A stretch of DNA of 32,000 bases from Caldivirga maquilingensis IC-167 (GTDB lineage Archaea; Thermoproteota; Thermoprotei; Thermoproteales; Thermocladiaceae), in NCBI RefSeq assembly GCF_000018305.1, contig NC_009954.1, positions 750,001 through 782,000 of the forward strand, in the 5' to 3' direction. The position numbers and the translations under genes are program-made. Shown piece by piece: positions 1 to 8,965 of this stretch; the first letter of the stretch is position 1; each line of letters begins with the position of its first letter. Under the pieces are notes generated by a model that was not told where the DNA came from, ran no database searches, and was given only the letters and a program-made list of their open reading frames with translations.

Positions 1-269
1 CCTAGGTAAAATGCAGTTCTAGGCAGCATAATGGATCTAACTATTATCACGCCTTCAATTACCCCATTTTTCCTAACCGCCCTATATCCATCGGTGTCCT
101 TAGTCACTAACCCAAGTTCCCTTAGTCTTTCAAGGTGGTGGTATGCTTGGCCAGGACTTGATAAATCCAGGGCCCTCTGAACTTCTCTAATGCTCATGGC
201 CTTACCCTCCCTAATTAGGAGTAGGTAAACCCTTAATGTTGTTTCACCTAACTTAACCTCATCGTTCAC
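1..269 (-). CDS. winged-helix transcriptional regulator (ArsR/TrmB-like), N-terminal part; the gene runs off the left edge of the window
   Basis: Not in the ORF track because it is edge-truncated. The minus-strand frame from GTG at 269 reads VNDEVKLGETTLRVYLLLIREGKAMSIREVQRALDLSSPGQAYHHLERLRELGLVTKDTDGYRAV..., a typical wHTH pattern. An in-frame stop lies at 291-293. A TATA-like TTTATAA sits 22-29 nt upstream. Confidence 0.55.
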   Translation of the reverse strand, partial: MNDEVKLGETTLRVYLLLIREGKAMSIREVQRALDLSSPGQAYHHLERLRELGLVTKDTDGYRAVRKNGVIEGVIIVRSIMLPRTAFYL

Positions 270-361
270 GGTTGGGCGTATTGCCCTTGGTTATAAAGTT
301 CTAGGCATTAGAACATGAATGCCCAGGTATTAGAAACATTAACAGTGGGTGCAACAGTGGA

Positions 362-1528
362 GTGATGGGCATGGGAGGTGTAGGTATGAGGATACTCACG
401 GCAATCATAGCGTTGGCGGTAGCCGCTACTATAGTATCTGTAGTATCTCTAGTGGTTATTGCTCAGAATCCTCAATGGGTTAATCAGCCTCAACCAATGC
501 CTAACGCATTAGGTGGGTTAATGGTCTATATAATTAATGTTAATGGATCAATGGTAGGCTTAGTATCCTTCAATGGTCAATTCGCATGGGGTAGGGTTGC
601 AGTGCAGTTAATAAATCCAAGGACAGAATATGTGCTTGTTGCTTATGGCCTCAACTTCACTGGTAATGGGTTAATGGAGTACATTGGATACACTTACGTT
701 AATGGGTCAACATTACTAAGTGTAATTAAAGGTGGCTTAAGTAACCTATATTCATGGGTAAGGAGTGAAATTACCTTAAGGCCCCTTAACCAGTACCCGA
801 ATTCAAGTATCACAATTATGGTTAAGTCACCCAGTGGTGAATTAATAAGCAATGGTACTCTATGTGCAATCCCGGTTTCAGCAATAGTGATACCGTGGTT
901 CAGGGAGGCAGCATTAATGCAGGGTGTAGTATGTGTTAAAGTCGTAAATGGAATAGCACGGTTAGGTAACATACCTGAAATACCATATTACTTACTCTAT
1001 TATAATTACGTTAAACTGGGAGGTAGTAGCATTAGTACTGAGAGTGTTACGCATAAGGTGGTTAATGTATATGGTGTAAATGTTAACGTCACAGAGTATA
1101 CTGAGGTGGTGAGCATTACAGTGCCTTCAGTAATAATGTTACGTAACTTAACATTTACAATTCCAAGCAATAACACTTTAACTATAATTCCCAGGATATG
1201 GTACTTACCTTCACCGCAGTATAATATTAATGGACAAAATAGTGAGGAAAGCACTACTACGGCGAATGAAAGTGACCCAGTGAGTATTGTTAACTCAATG
1301 AATGGTGCCTTCAGTATAATGCCATCAACAAGTACATCCGTATCATCAACCATCACCTCAACTAGTGCACCAATACCACAGGTTGCTTCGCCTACTGAGC
1401 AGGGTCACATGGGTAGAGTCCACTATGAGTTAGCCTTAGTTGCAGTGGCAATTGCTGTGGTTACCGGGTTTATTGCAGCCTTAGTGGCTTCAAGGGTTAT
1501 TGTTAAGTCAGGGATCAAGCATGAATGA
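362..1528 (+). CDS. secreted or membrane-anchored surface glycoprotein-like protein (hypothetical)
   Basis: The N-terminus has a hydrophobic signal/anchor (MRILTAIIALAVAATIVSVV). Many N-x-S/T sequons are present. A C-terminal Ser/Thr-rich linker (STSTSVSSTITSTSAP) is followed by a TM helix and a short basic tail. The true start is probably one of the ATGs at 365-386. Confidence 0.7.
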   Translation: MMGMGGVGMRILTAIIALAVAATIVSVVSLVVIAQNPQWVNQPQPMPNALGGLMVYIINVNGSMVGLVSFNGQFAWGRVAVQLINPRTEYVLVAYGLNFTGNGLMEYIGYTYVNGSTLLSVIKGGLSNLYSWVRSEITLRPLNQYPNSSITIMVKSPSGELISNGTLCAIPVSAIVIPWFREAALMQGVVCVKVVNGIARLGNIPEIPYYLLYYNYVKLGGSSISTESVTHKVVNVYGVNVNVTEYTEVVSITVPSVIMLRNLTFTIPSNNTLTIIPRIWYLPSPQYNINGQNSEESTTTANESDPVSIVNSMNGAFSIMPSTSTSVSSTITSTSAPIPQVASPTEQGHMGRVHYELALVAVAIAVVTGFIAALVASRVIVKSGIKHE

Positions 1529-1832
1529 AATCGATTACTCAATAGTGAATAGACGCATTGTTAGGCGTAGGACTCGTAGGAATAGGGATAGGGTAACAAT
1601 TATAATGCAGATACTAGAGTACTTAGCAGGTAGATGCAGTAAACCCAGTAAAGTATCCGTTGAATTGAATTTAACCTATGATAGGCTTATGCAGCTTCTA
1701 AAAAGTCTTGAGAATCTTGGGTTAATTAAAAGTAGTACGCATGGTTACTGCATTACCCAAAGCGGCTTAACACTATTAGAGGGTTATAGAAGATTCATGA
1801 ATACTCTTAAGGCCTTAAACATAATAGTCTAG
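1521..1832 (+). CDS. small winged-helix DNA-binding protein (HTH_45-like archaeal family)
   Basis: An Arg-rich N-terminus is followed by RVTIIMQILEYL..SKPSKV...LNLTYDRLMQLLKSLENLGLI......YCITQSGLTLLEGYRRF. It is a paralog of the ORF at 4307-4567. ATG 1521 overlaps the stop of the upstream gene (ATGAATGA). The track start at 1500 is a TTG. Confidence 0.75.
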   Translation: MNEIDYSIVNRRIVRRRTRRNRDRVTIIMQILEYLAGRCSKPSKVSVELNLTYDRLMQLLKSLENLGLIKSSTHGYCITQSGLTLLEGYRRFMNTLKALNIIV

Positions 1833-1861
1833 TAACTTGCCTTTAAAATCAAGTATTTTCT

Positions 1862-3742
1862 CTAGTTCTTCTCAAAGACGCTTGGTGAAATCACATTCCC
1901 ATATTTACCTTCAGCCTCCAGCAGCCTCTGTCTTTGTTCACTAAGTATATTAAACAGTATCTTAGGCGTAGTAGGTATCTCTGAATATATCTTCATTATC
2001 CTATCAATCTTCTCAATAAGCTTACTGACCCTAACTGCGAATTGCTTCTCATAATTCTCAAGGCTATACTCCTTGCCTAAAACCTCCCTGAATAATCCCT
2101 TTAAGTCATTGTACCTTGGTATTAGGCCTATGGGTGTCTCCACCACGTCTAACTCACCGTGTACCCTCCTCTCCATCCAAGCTAACCATACTTTCTTATC
2201 CTCCTTACTATTCAGGAACCTACCCTGCTCATCCCTCAGGAAGTAATTAACCCCAAAGATCTTAGGTGGATTAGACGCCTCCTTACCGAACCTTAGGTAA
2301 TTACTGATGTACACGCCTAGGTCAACGGATAGGAAGTCTAGGTTAGCCATGGGGTTAAACTCCCTTTCCCCAGCCTTACCAATAACTGCAGCAGTCCTCT
2401 CGGACTCAAGGGATGCGGCTATGGTTACGACTCCATGCTCCCAATTAAAGGACTCGAGAAGAGGCACTAAGGTGTCTGAATCCCTGCCACCGAATATAAT
2501 GCCCTTAACCACTACACCCTTTGGGTCATCGTAGGCTGGGTCTAGGTTACTGAATGCCTTAAGTGATACTGTGAATCTTGCGTTTGGGTGGGATGGTGGT
2601 ATTGGGTTACCCTTATCATCAACCTTACCCCTCCACCACTTACCAGTGTAATTAATTCCACTACTGGGTTCAGGTTCCCCCTTGCCATTCCAGTAGACGT
2701 CACCATTCTCAAGCATTAGGACATTTGAGAATATTAATTCACCCGGCTTACTCAGCACCTCGTAGATTAATGGGTCATCCACTGGGTTAATCCCCTCTAT
2801 AATACCGAATACCCCAGCCTCAGGGTTAACTGCCCTAACTTCCCCATTAATGATTCTTAAGTAAGCTAAATCATCCCCAATTAATCTACCTAACATGGCT
2901 GTTGAAGTCTTACCTGACATCGAGGGAAATGCACCAGTGAAGTAAGTAACCCTGCCTCCCGGCCCATTTACACCTATTAGAAACATGTGTTCACTTAGCC
3001 AACCCTCCTCCATCGCCCTCTTGATTGTTAACCTGAGGGCAAGTTTCTTTAAACCAATGCTATTACCACCATACTGAGTGTTTACACTGTACACCGTCTC
3101 ATCGGTTAAATCAATGAATATCCTCCTCTGCTTAATGTTCTTACTCTGCTTCATTTCATTTAACTCCCCCTGAGAATGAATGAACTTTAAGAAACGTGCC
3201 TCCTCTCCCTGTCTAATGAATTCATCGTAAGCTTGCCTATATAGAATATTCTCACTATGCATGACATAGTAGGAGTCGGTTACTTGAACGGCAAGTATAC
3301 TGAAGGGTGATGCCTTAGGGCCAAGTGAGTAAAAACCAACAAGCATCTCCCTACCCCTCATTATACCCTTAAGCAGCGTTAACATTTCCTTAATACCCTC
3401 ATCTCTATCCTTAGTCCTTATGAAGGGGAGCTTCTGATTATTAGGCAGTAGTATTGCAGTATCATCCCTAGCCCTAGCTTGATCAAGTGGACTATCAAAG
3501 TGAATAGTATGCCCCTTCAGTCTCAGGGGGATTTCCTCCCCGCTCTCAATGGCTTTCCTCCTAATGTAATCATTATCCTCAGGGCTACCAGTGGATACGA
3601 ACACTGATGCTGGTTCACACACGCTAATGACCCAAGCCAGGAAGGAGTGAAGCCTACTATTCCTTATCGCCATTAATCGATTATACGACTCATCACCTAT
3701 AATGCTACGTAAGTCACTTAGACCACGACCTGAGGCGCTCAT
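1862..3742 (-). CDS. pckG: GTP-dependent phosphoenolpyruvate carboxykinase
   Basis: 626 aa. The kinase-1a-like motif FPSMSGKTSTAML matches FPSACGKTN of GTP-PEPCKs. NPEAGVFGI and TDSYYVMHS blocks are also present. A TATA box (TTTATAAGC) lies about 25-30 nt upstream of the ATG. Confidence 0.9.
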   Translation of the reverse strand: MSASGRGLSDLRSIIGDESYNRLMAIRNSRLHSFLAWVISVCEPASVFVSTGSPEDNDYIRRKAIESGEEIPLRLKGHTIHFDSPLDQARARDDTAILLPNNQKLPFIRTKDRDEGIKEMLTLLKGIMRGREMLVGFYSLGPKASPFSILAVQVTDSYYVMHSENILYRQAYDEFIRQGEEARFLKFIHSQGELNEMKQSKNIKQRRIFIDLTDETVYSVNTQYGGNSIGLKKLALRLTIKRAMEEGWLSEHMFLIGVNGPGGRVTYFTGAFPSMSGKTSTAMLGRLIGDDLAYLRIINGEVRAVNPEAGVFGIIEGINPVDDPLIYEVLSKPGELIFSNVLMLENGDVYWNGKGEPEPSSGINYTGKWWRGKVDDKGNPIPPSHPNARFTVSLKAFSNLDPAYDDPKGVVVKGIIFGGRDSDTLVPLLESFNWEHGVVTIAASLESERTAAVIGKAGEREFNPMANLDFLSVDLGVYISNYLRFGKEASNPPKIFGVNYFLRDEQGRFLNSKEDKKVWLAWMERRVHGELDVVETPIGLIPRYNDLKGLFREVLGKEYSLENYEKQFAVRVSKLIEKIDRIMKIYSEIPTTPKILFNILSEQRQRLLEAEGKYGNVISPSVFEKN

Positions 3743-4000
3743 AGCTGAGACTCCTTAATTTATGCTTATAAATATTGTTAATTATATAATTAGTAGATAA
3801 ATGTAGTATCACCATGAATACAAGTTAATGAAAGTTAATCAATACGTAAGAGGTAATATTTGATCAGACTTTTATATAATTACGCGTTAATCTTTAATAA
3901 TGACGGTATTTCACATAGCGATATCAATAGAGTACATAGATATTTCATCCTATTAATAGACTTAAGCGAATGGCGAGTAGGCTATGATGCTGAATGAAGT

Positions 4001-4240
4001 TTAAGTCACTTCAACAGCGTACATGCCTGGCTTAGTTATATTTAACTCCTTGGCTATGCATGATTCCTCAGGGTTAAGTATGATTATTAATCCCCTCCAC
4101 TCCTCACTGAATTCAATGCCACCGCAGTTGGGGCATTGATTAACCTCATCAGGAACTATTAGCTTACACTTCCTGCATGCCTTAAATCCAGATAATGGCC
4201 TCCTCCTAGTCCTGCTCCTAGTAGCCCTACTCATTAGCAT
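4001..4240 (-). CDS. spt4: transcription elongation factor Spt4 (RNA polymerase subunit E'')
   Basis: The protein has a zinc ribbon (CRKC...CPNCG) followed by EEWRGLIIILNPEESCIAKELNITKPGMYAVEV. This is the characteristic archaeal Spt4 pattern. Confidence 0.85.
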   Translation of the reverse strand: MLMSRATRSRTRRRPLSGFKACRKCKLIVPDEVNQCPNCGGIEFSEEWRGLIIILNPEESCIAKELNITKPGMYAVEVT

Positions 4241-4306
4241 AAGGTCGCATTAGGGTTAATAAGCATTCCTAACCATGGTGAAGCCAAGATAATACTCTAA
4301 ATTAGC

Positions 4307-4567
4307 CTAGAGATCTATTCCAAGTGACTTGGCTAGCCTCCTGAACCTCTGGTATTCCCTCAGTAGTTCAAGCCCCTTATGGGTTATGCAGAATGAGTCA
4401 CCATCATACGTCACTAATCCATTACCCCTTAATTGTTGAAGCATTTGATCAAGCCTATCGTAAGCCAGATTCAATGCCATGGACATTTTAGTAGGTTTAC
4501 TGCAGCCCTCAGATAAGTACTCCAGGATTTCCATTATAATCTCAACCCTACTCCTACGCCTTACCAT
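4307..4567 (-). CDS. small winged-helix DNA-binding protein (HTH_45-like), paralog of 1521-1832
   Basis: The sequence reads MVRRRSRVEIIMEILEYLSEGCSKPTKMSMALNLAYDRLDQMLQQLRGNGLV...FCITHKGLELLREYQRF. By eye, about half of the aligned positions are identical to the 1521-1832 product. ATG 4567 overlaps the end of the upstream membrane-protein gene. Confidence 0.75.
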   Translation of the reverse strand: MVRRRSRVEIIMEILEYLSEGCSKPTKMSMALNLAYDRLDQMLQQLRGNGLVTYDGDSFCITHKGLELLREYQRFRRLAKSLGIDL

Positions 4568-5219
4568 AGTGAACAACCCTTATAACATTCACTAACAGTA
4601 TGGTGGATACCACTGAGTAAACAAGCCTCTCCTCTATTAACTCAAGGAATAATGAATTAGTTACCATGAATACAAAAACCTCCATTGGGATGTTGAAGAG
4701 TAGTAGTGTGAATGCTAATGCGGTTAACATTACCAGGTTATTACCCTGAGAGAACCTTAACCAAAGCAGTATGCATATGTAGGATAATAGAATTATGCTT
4801 AATACCGATAGCGAGTGAATTATGAATATTGGGTTAGTGCGCAGAATAAGTAAGCCACCAATGAATGCGTAGAGTTCAGTGGGGAGACTTAGGGCTAGTG
4901 ATATTAGTATAAGGCTGGCTAACTCCATTAACCCATCAGCAATCAACCAGGGGTATACACTGGGTGGTACATATATTAGTCTTCTGGCTGGTTCATAGTA
5001 TAAGTATGCTAGAACTGATATATTTATTAAACTATTAACAAGCATGTATACCCCGAAGAGCATTATACCTATTGATAGAAGTAGCATATTCCTACTGCGT
5101 AGAATCCTTGATGCCCTATAGGCGTAGTAGGATATTAGTAAGTTAGCTATTAGTATGTAAGCCTCGTAGGCTATTATTAGGAAGTAAAGTAAGTGCCTTG
5201 TAGGCAACAGTATTGCCAT
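4554..5219 (-). CDS. polytopic integral membrane protein (hypothetical)
   Basis: 221 aa, hydrophobic throughout with about 6-7 predicted TM segments. I recognise no family. Its 3' end overlaps the start of the HTH_45-like gene. Confidence 0.65.
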   Translation of the reverse strand: MAILLPTRHLLYFLIIAYEAYILIANLLISYYAYRASRILRSRNMLLLSIGIMLFGVYMLVNSLINISVLAYLYYEPARRLIYVPPSVYPWLIADGLMELASLILISLALSLPTELYAFIGGLLILRTNPIFIIHSLSVLSIILLSYICILLWLRFSQGNNLVMLTALAFTLLLFNIPMEVFVFMVTNSLFLELIEERLVYSVVSTILLVNVIRVVHYGKA

Positions 5220-5231
5220 TAGATCATCACC

Positions 5232-5894
5232 TTAAAGACCCCTCCTAAAGACCCTATATGGCACTAGTGCTTCATTATCCTGACTATAACTCCTATTAAA
5301 GTACCTTGATTCAATTAACTTAATTAACCTAACTAACCTTAATTTACCAAACATTAGTGTCTCATTGGCTGTGTTTATGATTTCATTAAGCTGATTATTG
5401 TTGAAGAGTAAATTACCATTAATCTTAATGGGTATATCCAACCTATCATCACTCTCAATCTCAATAACCACCCCCCAATCCTTAATGGATAAAATACTGC
5501 TTCTCTTAAATCCAGCATCTTTAGCCAGCTTAGATAAATCCACGGCTGATTCCATGTTTCTAGCAACAACATGAAGTATCGGCCCCCTGGTTAGTAACCA
5601 TAGATTAGCACCATTATTAACAACGCTCAATACTTCACTTAAAGTAACTGGTCTATGCCATTTAGCCAGTATTTTAGCTAGACCCCTACCCTTAGCGAAG
5701 CTGAGTGAGAATGCATTAATAATCATTATCCTGCCACTGCAGCTACTGGTTGTGTAATAGTTGCTTAATGTATTGAATTCCCTTAGGAAATCAAATATGT
5801 CAAAGTCAACCTTACCCTCCTCCCCCTCCTTAATAAGCCTCTCCACGAATCTGCTCTTCCTGACCTCATAAACATCAGCCACAGTGCTTAACAC
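5232..5894 (-). CDS. taw3: tRNA wyosine-derivative methyltransferase Taw3 (TYW3 family)
   Basis: The TYW3 signature block YYTTSSCSGRI is present. Length is about 220 aa, with the usual acidic N-terminal region. Confidence 0.75.
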   Translation of the reverse strand: MLSTVADVYEVRKSRFVERLIKEGEEGKVDFDIFDFLREFNTLSNYYTTSSCSGRIMIINAFSLSFAKGRGLAKILAKWHRPVTLSEVLSVVNNGANLWLLTRGPILHVVARNMESAVDLSKLAKDAGFKRSSILSIKDWGVVIEIESDDRLDIPIKINGNLLFNNNQLNEIINTANETLMFGKLRLVRLIKLIESRYFNRSYSQDNEALVPYRVFRRGL

Positions 5895-5931
5895 ACCAAG
5901 TCAACTAACCTTCACCTGCTTGCTTTAAGTT

Positions 5932-6396
5932 TTATTCATAATCAGTGAAAAAGCCCCTATCCCTATATGCCTCCGTTAAGCCAAGTTTAATGACTCTCTC
6001 CTCAGCCTTCCTGTATAATTCAGCGAAGGTTAAAACCTCCCTGGCTAAATAATCTAGGGGCGCTTCCTCAGGGTTGTAGACATACTTAGTCATTCTACCT
6101 CTATGATCCCTTACTATAACGTAACCCTCCACATGGCCATTACCCGGTACTTCACTTGAATCATCAGCCTTAACTAAGAAGACGTAGCCCTTAACTTCAC
6201 CATTCTTAAACACTAACCTAACTAGAACCAGCGTCACGTGGAATTCCTTAAGCATGTTTATTACTACATCCCTATATCTCTCAGTCTCCTTTATTTGAGG
6301 CATCCTTTCAACTAGAACTAAGTCATCTCGATTTAAATCACTACTTAATTCACTGAGCATGGTTGTTACGGGTTTATTAACGTTAACAGTACCCAT
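5932..6396 (-). CDS. hypothetical protein
   Basis: 154-aa ORF with balanced composition and no competing ORF. I recognise no family. Confidence 0.55.
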   Translation of the reverse strand: MGTVNVNKPVTTMLSELSSDLNRDDLVLVERMPQIKETERYRDVVINMLKEFHVTLVLVRLVFKNGEVKGYVFLVKADDSSEVPGNGHVEGYVIVRDHRGRMTKYVYNPEEAPLDYLAREVLTFAELYRKAEERVIKLGLTEAYRDRGFFTDYE

Positions 6397-6527
6397 TATT
6401 AAGTATCCCTTAATAGGGTTTATAAAGAAACTGCCGAATGACGATGAATCTTCTCATTGCTGGATGGTTTTATTAATTAGGTTAGGTTTAATGCCCTGCA
6501 GCATGGTTAAGTAAGTTTATTGAAGCT

Positions 6528-7490
6528 TTAATGGAGTTTAATTAATGAGCCTATTAAGCCGTATTTACTTGATGGGATTAATATTAGGCATAAGATGAGT
6601 ATTATAATGAATAATACTGCAGTAAGCTTAGCTAATTTAATCGCGGTTAGTAGGCTAATGGTGTCAGGTAATTCTCCATTCCCAATACTGTATTCATTAA
6701 TCTTCTCCAGTCTCACGCCTAGCACTGATGATGCTGCAGCAAGAGGGTGCCCTGCATTTAAGCTCCTAGTGATTGACCTATACTTTAAGTATGTGCTTAA
6801 TCTTGGTTTTCTCCCCATTAAAAACCCAGCAAGTACTATTAGTAATGCGGTTAATCTGGCTGGGGCATAATTCATGGCAGTATCCACCTTAGCTGAGAAC
6901 CAGCCAATACGCCTATATGGTTCATCAGTGTAACCTAGGGCACTGTCCATGGTGTTTGATAACCTCTGAAGTAATGCACCAATCGGTCCAAATAACAGTA
7001 GGTAGAATAGGGGTGAGGTGAAGCCATCTACGAGGCTCTCAAAGAGCGATTCAACCACGGCTGAGTTAACATGCCCAATGTCAATAACCCACACGTTTCT
7101 CCTAACCAATTGCTGAGCTACACCCCTAGCCTCATTTAAGTAACCCTCATTAATAGCCTTACCGTAATCCTCAACTAAACTTAACAGTAACCTTAAGGAT
7201 ATGCTTAATTTAACTATGAAGCCTGCGTAAACTAGGATAATGAGTAGGAGAATGGGGTTACTTAATGGTATTGAAATAATGGGGGCACTGTAGATTAACA
7301 GGATTGGTGTGACTGATGAAAACCATACAGCCACCCCCCATAACCTCCCTGAATAAGGCCTATATAGTCTTACGGCTAACCCATAGGTTAAGTGCACTGG
7401 GTGAATTAAGTATAGTAGGCCCTTATGCATGGGGTATAGATAATCCATTATTAACGCTATTGTTAAAGTGACTAAGAGGTACGGTACCAT
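6528..7490 (-). CDS. cbiB: adenosylcobinamide-phosphate synthase CbiB/CobD
   Basis: Membrane protein with HPVHLTYGLAVRL near the N-terminus and SLNAGHPLAAASSVLGVRL near the C-terminal third. Both blocks are typical CbiB/CobD. Confidence 0.85.
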   Translation of the reverse strand: MVPYLLVTLTIALIMDYLYPMHKGLLYLIHPVHLTYGLAVRLYRPYSGRLWGVAVWFSSVTPILLIYSAPIISIPLSNPILLLIILVYAGFIVKLSISLRLLLSLVEDYGKAINEGYLNEARGVAQQLVRRNVWVIDIGHVNSAVVESLFESLVDGFTSPLFYLLLFGPIGALLQRLSNTMDSALGYTDEPYRRIGWFSAKVDTAMNYAPARLTALLIVLAGFLMGRKPRLSTYLKYRSITRSLNAGHPLAAASSVLGVRLEKINEYSIGNGELPDTISLLTAIKLAKLTAVLFIIILILCLILIPSSKYGLIGSLIKLH

Positions 7491-7547
7491 GGCTCCTTTA
7501 ATCCTCCTTAAGATTAAGTTTTTAAAATATAGCAGTAAAGGCTTCCC

Positions 7548-7907
7548 GTGGAGTTAAAGTCAACGAACCAGTACCTTAGGATGACTGTTAGGTTCCTTGA
7601 GAAGGCGCATAGACAGTATAATGCAGCACTCTGGGCTACGGTGGCTGACATTCTTAGTAAGCCTAGGAGAAGTAGGGTTACTGTTAATGTTGGTAAGTTA
7701 AATAGGCTACTTAATGATGGTGATGTAGTGGTTGTTCCAGGTAAGGTTCTTGGGGATGGTGAATTAAGTAAAAAGGTAACGGTGGCTGCCTGGGCCTTCT
7801 CTAAAACAGCCATTGATAAGATTAAGGCCGCTGGAGGTGAGGCGTTAAGTATCCCAGAGCTTGTTAGGAGGATGCCTAAGCCGAGTGGCGTTAAGATAAT
7901 TACTTAA
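7548..7907 (+). CDS. rpl18e: 50S ribosomal protein L18e (eL18)
   Basis: The sequence reads ...[27 protein letters not shown]...[42 protein letters not shown]. The start is GTG, with a TATA box (TTTTTAAAATAT) upstream. Confidence 0.9.
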   Translation: MELKSTNQYLRMTVRFLEKAHRQYNAALWATVADILSKPRRSRVTVNVGKLNRLLNDGDVVVVPGKVLGDGELSKKVTVAAWAFSKTAIDKIKAAGGEALSIPELVRRMPKPSGVKIIT

Positions 7908-8883
7908 TAATCATTGACTCCTTAAGTCTCTTAATCTCCTCATCCCTAAGCATCTTCCTCCTCGCCCCCTCCTCAAAGAGCTTCCTCTCATAATCATTAG
8001 CCGGCTGATATTGTGGAACAGGCTGAGGCTTCCCTTTATCATCAATAGCAATGTAAGTGTAGTAGGCTGTACACACCCTCTTAACGTTACCATAGGCGTC
8101 CTCAGTGGTGACGTGTATTAAAGTCTCCAAGCTAGTCTTACCAACGTAACTTATTCCTACAGCAATCTTAACAATCTCGCCGGTTCTTATTGGTGAATAA
8201 AATACTGTATCATCAATTGACCCAGTTACCACCACTGACTTAGCGTATTCACTAGCCAGGGATGCAGCAATATTATCAATCCAGGCGAGTAATCTGCCTG
8301 CGGAAACCATGTTAGACATGAAGGCGTCCTGAGGGGTAACCCATCTGTTTGACTCAACCCTCCACCTAAGATTCTCCGTTGGATCATTAACATTATACCT
8401 CTCCTCACGCCTATTCACTATCTTACTCTTCCTAGCCTCATACCTACTCCTGGCATTATTATAAATCATTAATTCATCCGGATTAGGCTTAAGTTCATTC
8501 CTAATTAACCTAGGCTGCCCATAATCATCAACAGCAACGTATGCCGCCGTGGTCATGGTCATAATTACTTGATCACCACCATGGCGTCTAACAGCCTCAA
8601 TGTAAGTCTCCATTGATGACCTACCCACGTACTCAACCCTAGCCTTAAGTGTGATTGAATCACCAATGAAGGCTGGGGCTAGGAAGAAGTGCCTATCCAT
8701 GTAAGCCAACACGGTTGGTCCCCGGGAAAACTTAACAGTGGCCACTGTACCAACGTTAGCAATCCACTCCAGTATCCTACCACCGAATAACCTACCAATA
8801 GAATTAGCGTCAAATGGTTGAACCATTTCAAGGAGAGTAACCTCAGTATCTCTAATGCTGACCATACTTATGTAGTATTTCAT
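7900..8883 (-). CDS. acyl-CoA thioesterase with tandem hotdog domains
   Basis: Two repeats match the acyl-CoA hydrolase hotdog pattern: ...[23 protein letters not shown]... and ...[19 protein letters not shown].... A basic linker separates them. Confidence 0.8.
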   Translation of the reverse strand: MKYYISMVSIRDTEVTLLEMVQPFDANSIGRLFGGRILEWIANVGTVATVKFSRGPTVLAYMDRHFFLAPAFIGDSITLKARVEYVGRSSMETYIEAVRRHGGDQVIMTMTTAAYVAVDDYGQPRLIRNELKPNPDELMIYNNARSRYEARKSKIVNRREERYNVNDPTENLRWRVESNRWVTPQDAFMSNMVSAGRLLAWIDNIAASLASEYAKSVVVTGSIDDTVFYSPIRTGEIVKIAVGISYVGKTSLETLIHVTTEDAYGNVKRVCTAYYTYIAIDDKGKPQPVPQYQPANDYERKLFEEGARRKMLRDEEIKRLKESMIIK

Positions 8884-8909
8884 AAGCCTTAATAAATAAT
8901 TCGCCCATT

Positions 8910-8965
8910 AAATCACGCACCGCCGCACGGGGGGCCGCCATCCTAGACCACTAGACCACGGCCGC
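8910..8965 (-). tRNA. orphan tRNA 5' piece (acceptor 5' strand + D-arm + GC-rich tail); candidate split-tRNA gene fragment
   Basis: The minus strand reads GCGGCCG UG GUCU AGUGGUCUA GGAU G, then GCGGCCCCCCGUGCGGCGGUGCGUGAUUU. No T-arm or acceptor 3' strand lies nearby on either side. A tRNA-type promoter GGAAAAGC-TAATAAA is centred about -27. Confidence 0.5.

Noticed and set aside
694-1356. Minus-strand ORFs 694-972 and 1006-1356, and similar internal antisense ORFs elsewhere. Examples: 2307-2534, 5375-5572, 6595-6870, 7514-7813, 7911-8093, 8226-8408, 9068-9277, 9548-9829, 11587-11778, 14336-14527, 14599-14877, 16392-16637, 17789-18013, 20316-20543, 22918-23100, 23959-24162, 26359-26610, 27056-27364, 27397-27579, 31534-31983
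   Set aside because: Each is fully nested in, or antisense to, a longer ORF that has a recognisable family or better composition. Exceptions are 9068-9277 and 20316-20543, which only overlap a gene's 5' end. 23959-24162 is one of the shifted frames of the MFS pseudogene.
3743-4000. The 260-bp very AT-rich gap between pckG and spt4 as a replication origin
   Set aside because: I could find no repeated ORB or mini-ORB-like elements or long inverted repeats, and no orc1/cdc6 or whiP is adjacent. It is adequately explained as the pckG promoter plus the spt4 terminator region.
6441-6480. ATGACGATGA ... CTGG as a C/D sRNA upstream of the hypothetical gene
   Set aside because: The boxes are degenerate (CGAUGA, CUGG) and no second box pair lies at proper spacing.
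8929-8965. Reading fragment A as the 5' half of an intact tRNA-Gly(CCC) with anticodon CCC at 8929-8931
   Set aside because: The loop would be CCCCCGU with C at position 33. The stem GCGGC/GCGGC has a central G-G mismatch. No variable arm, T-arm or acceptor 3' strand follows. The CCC run is more likely part of a GC-rich tail.
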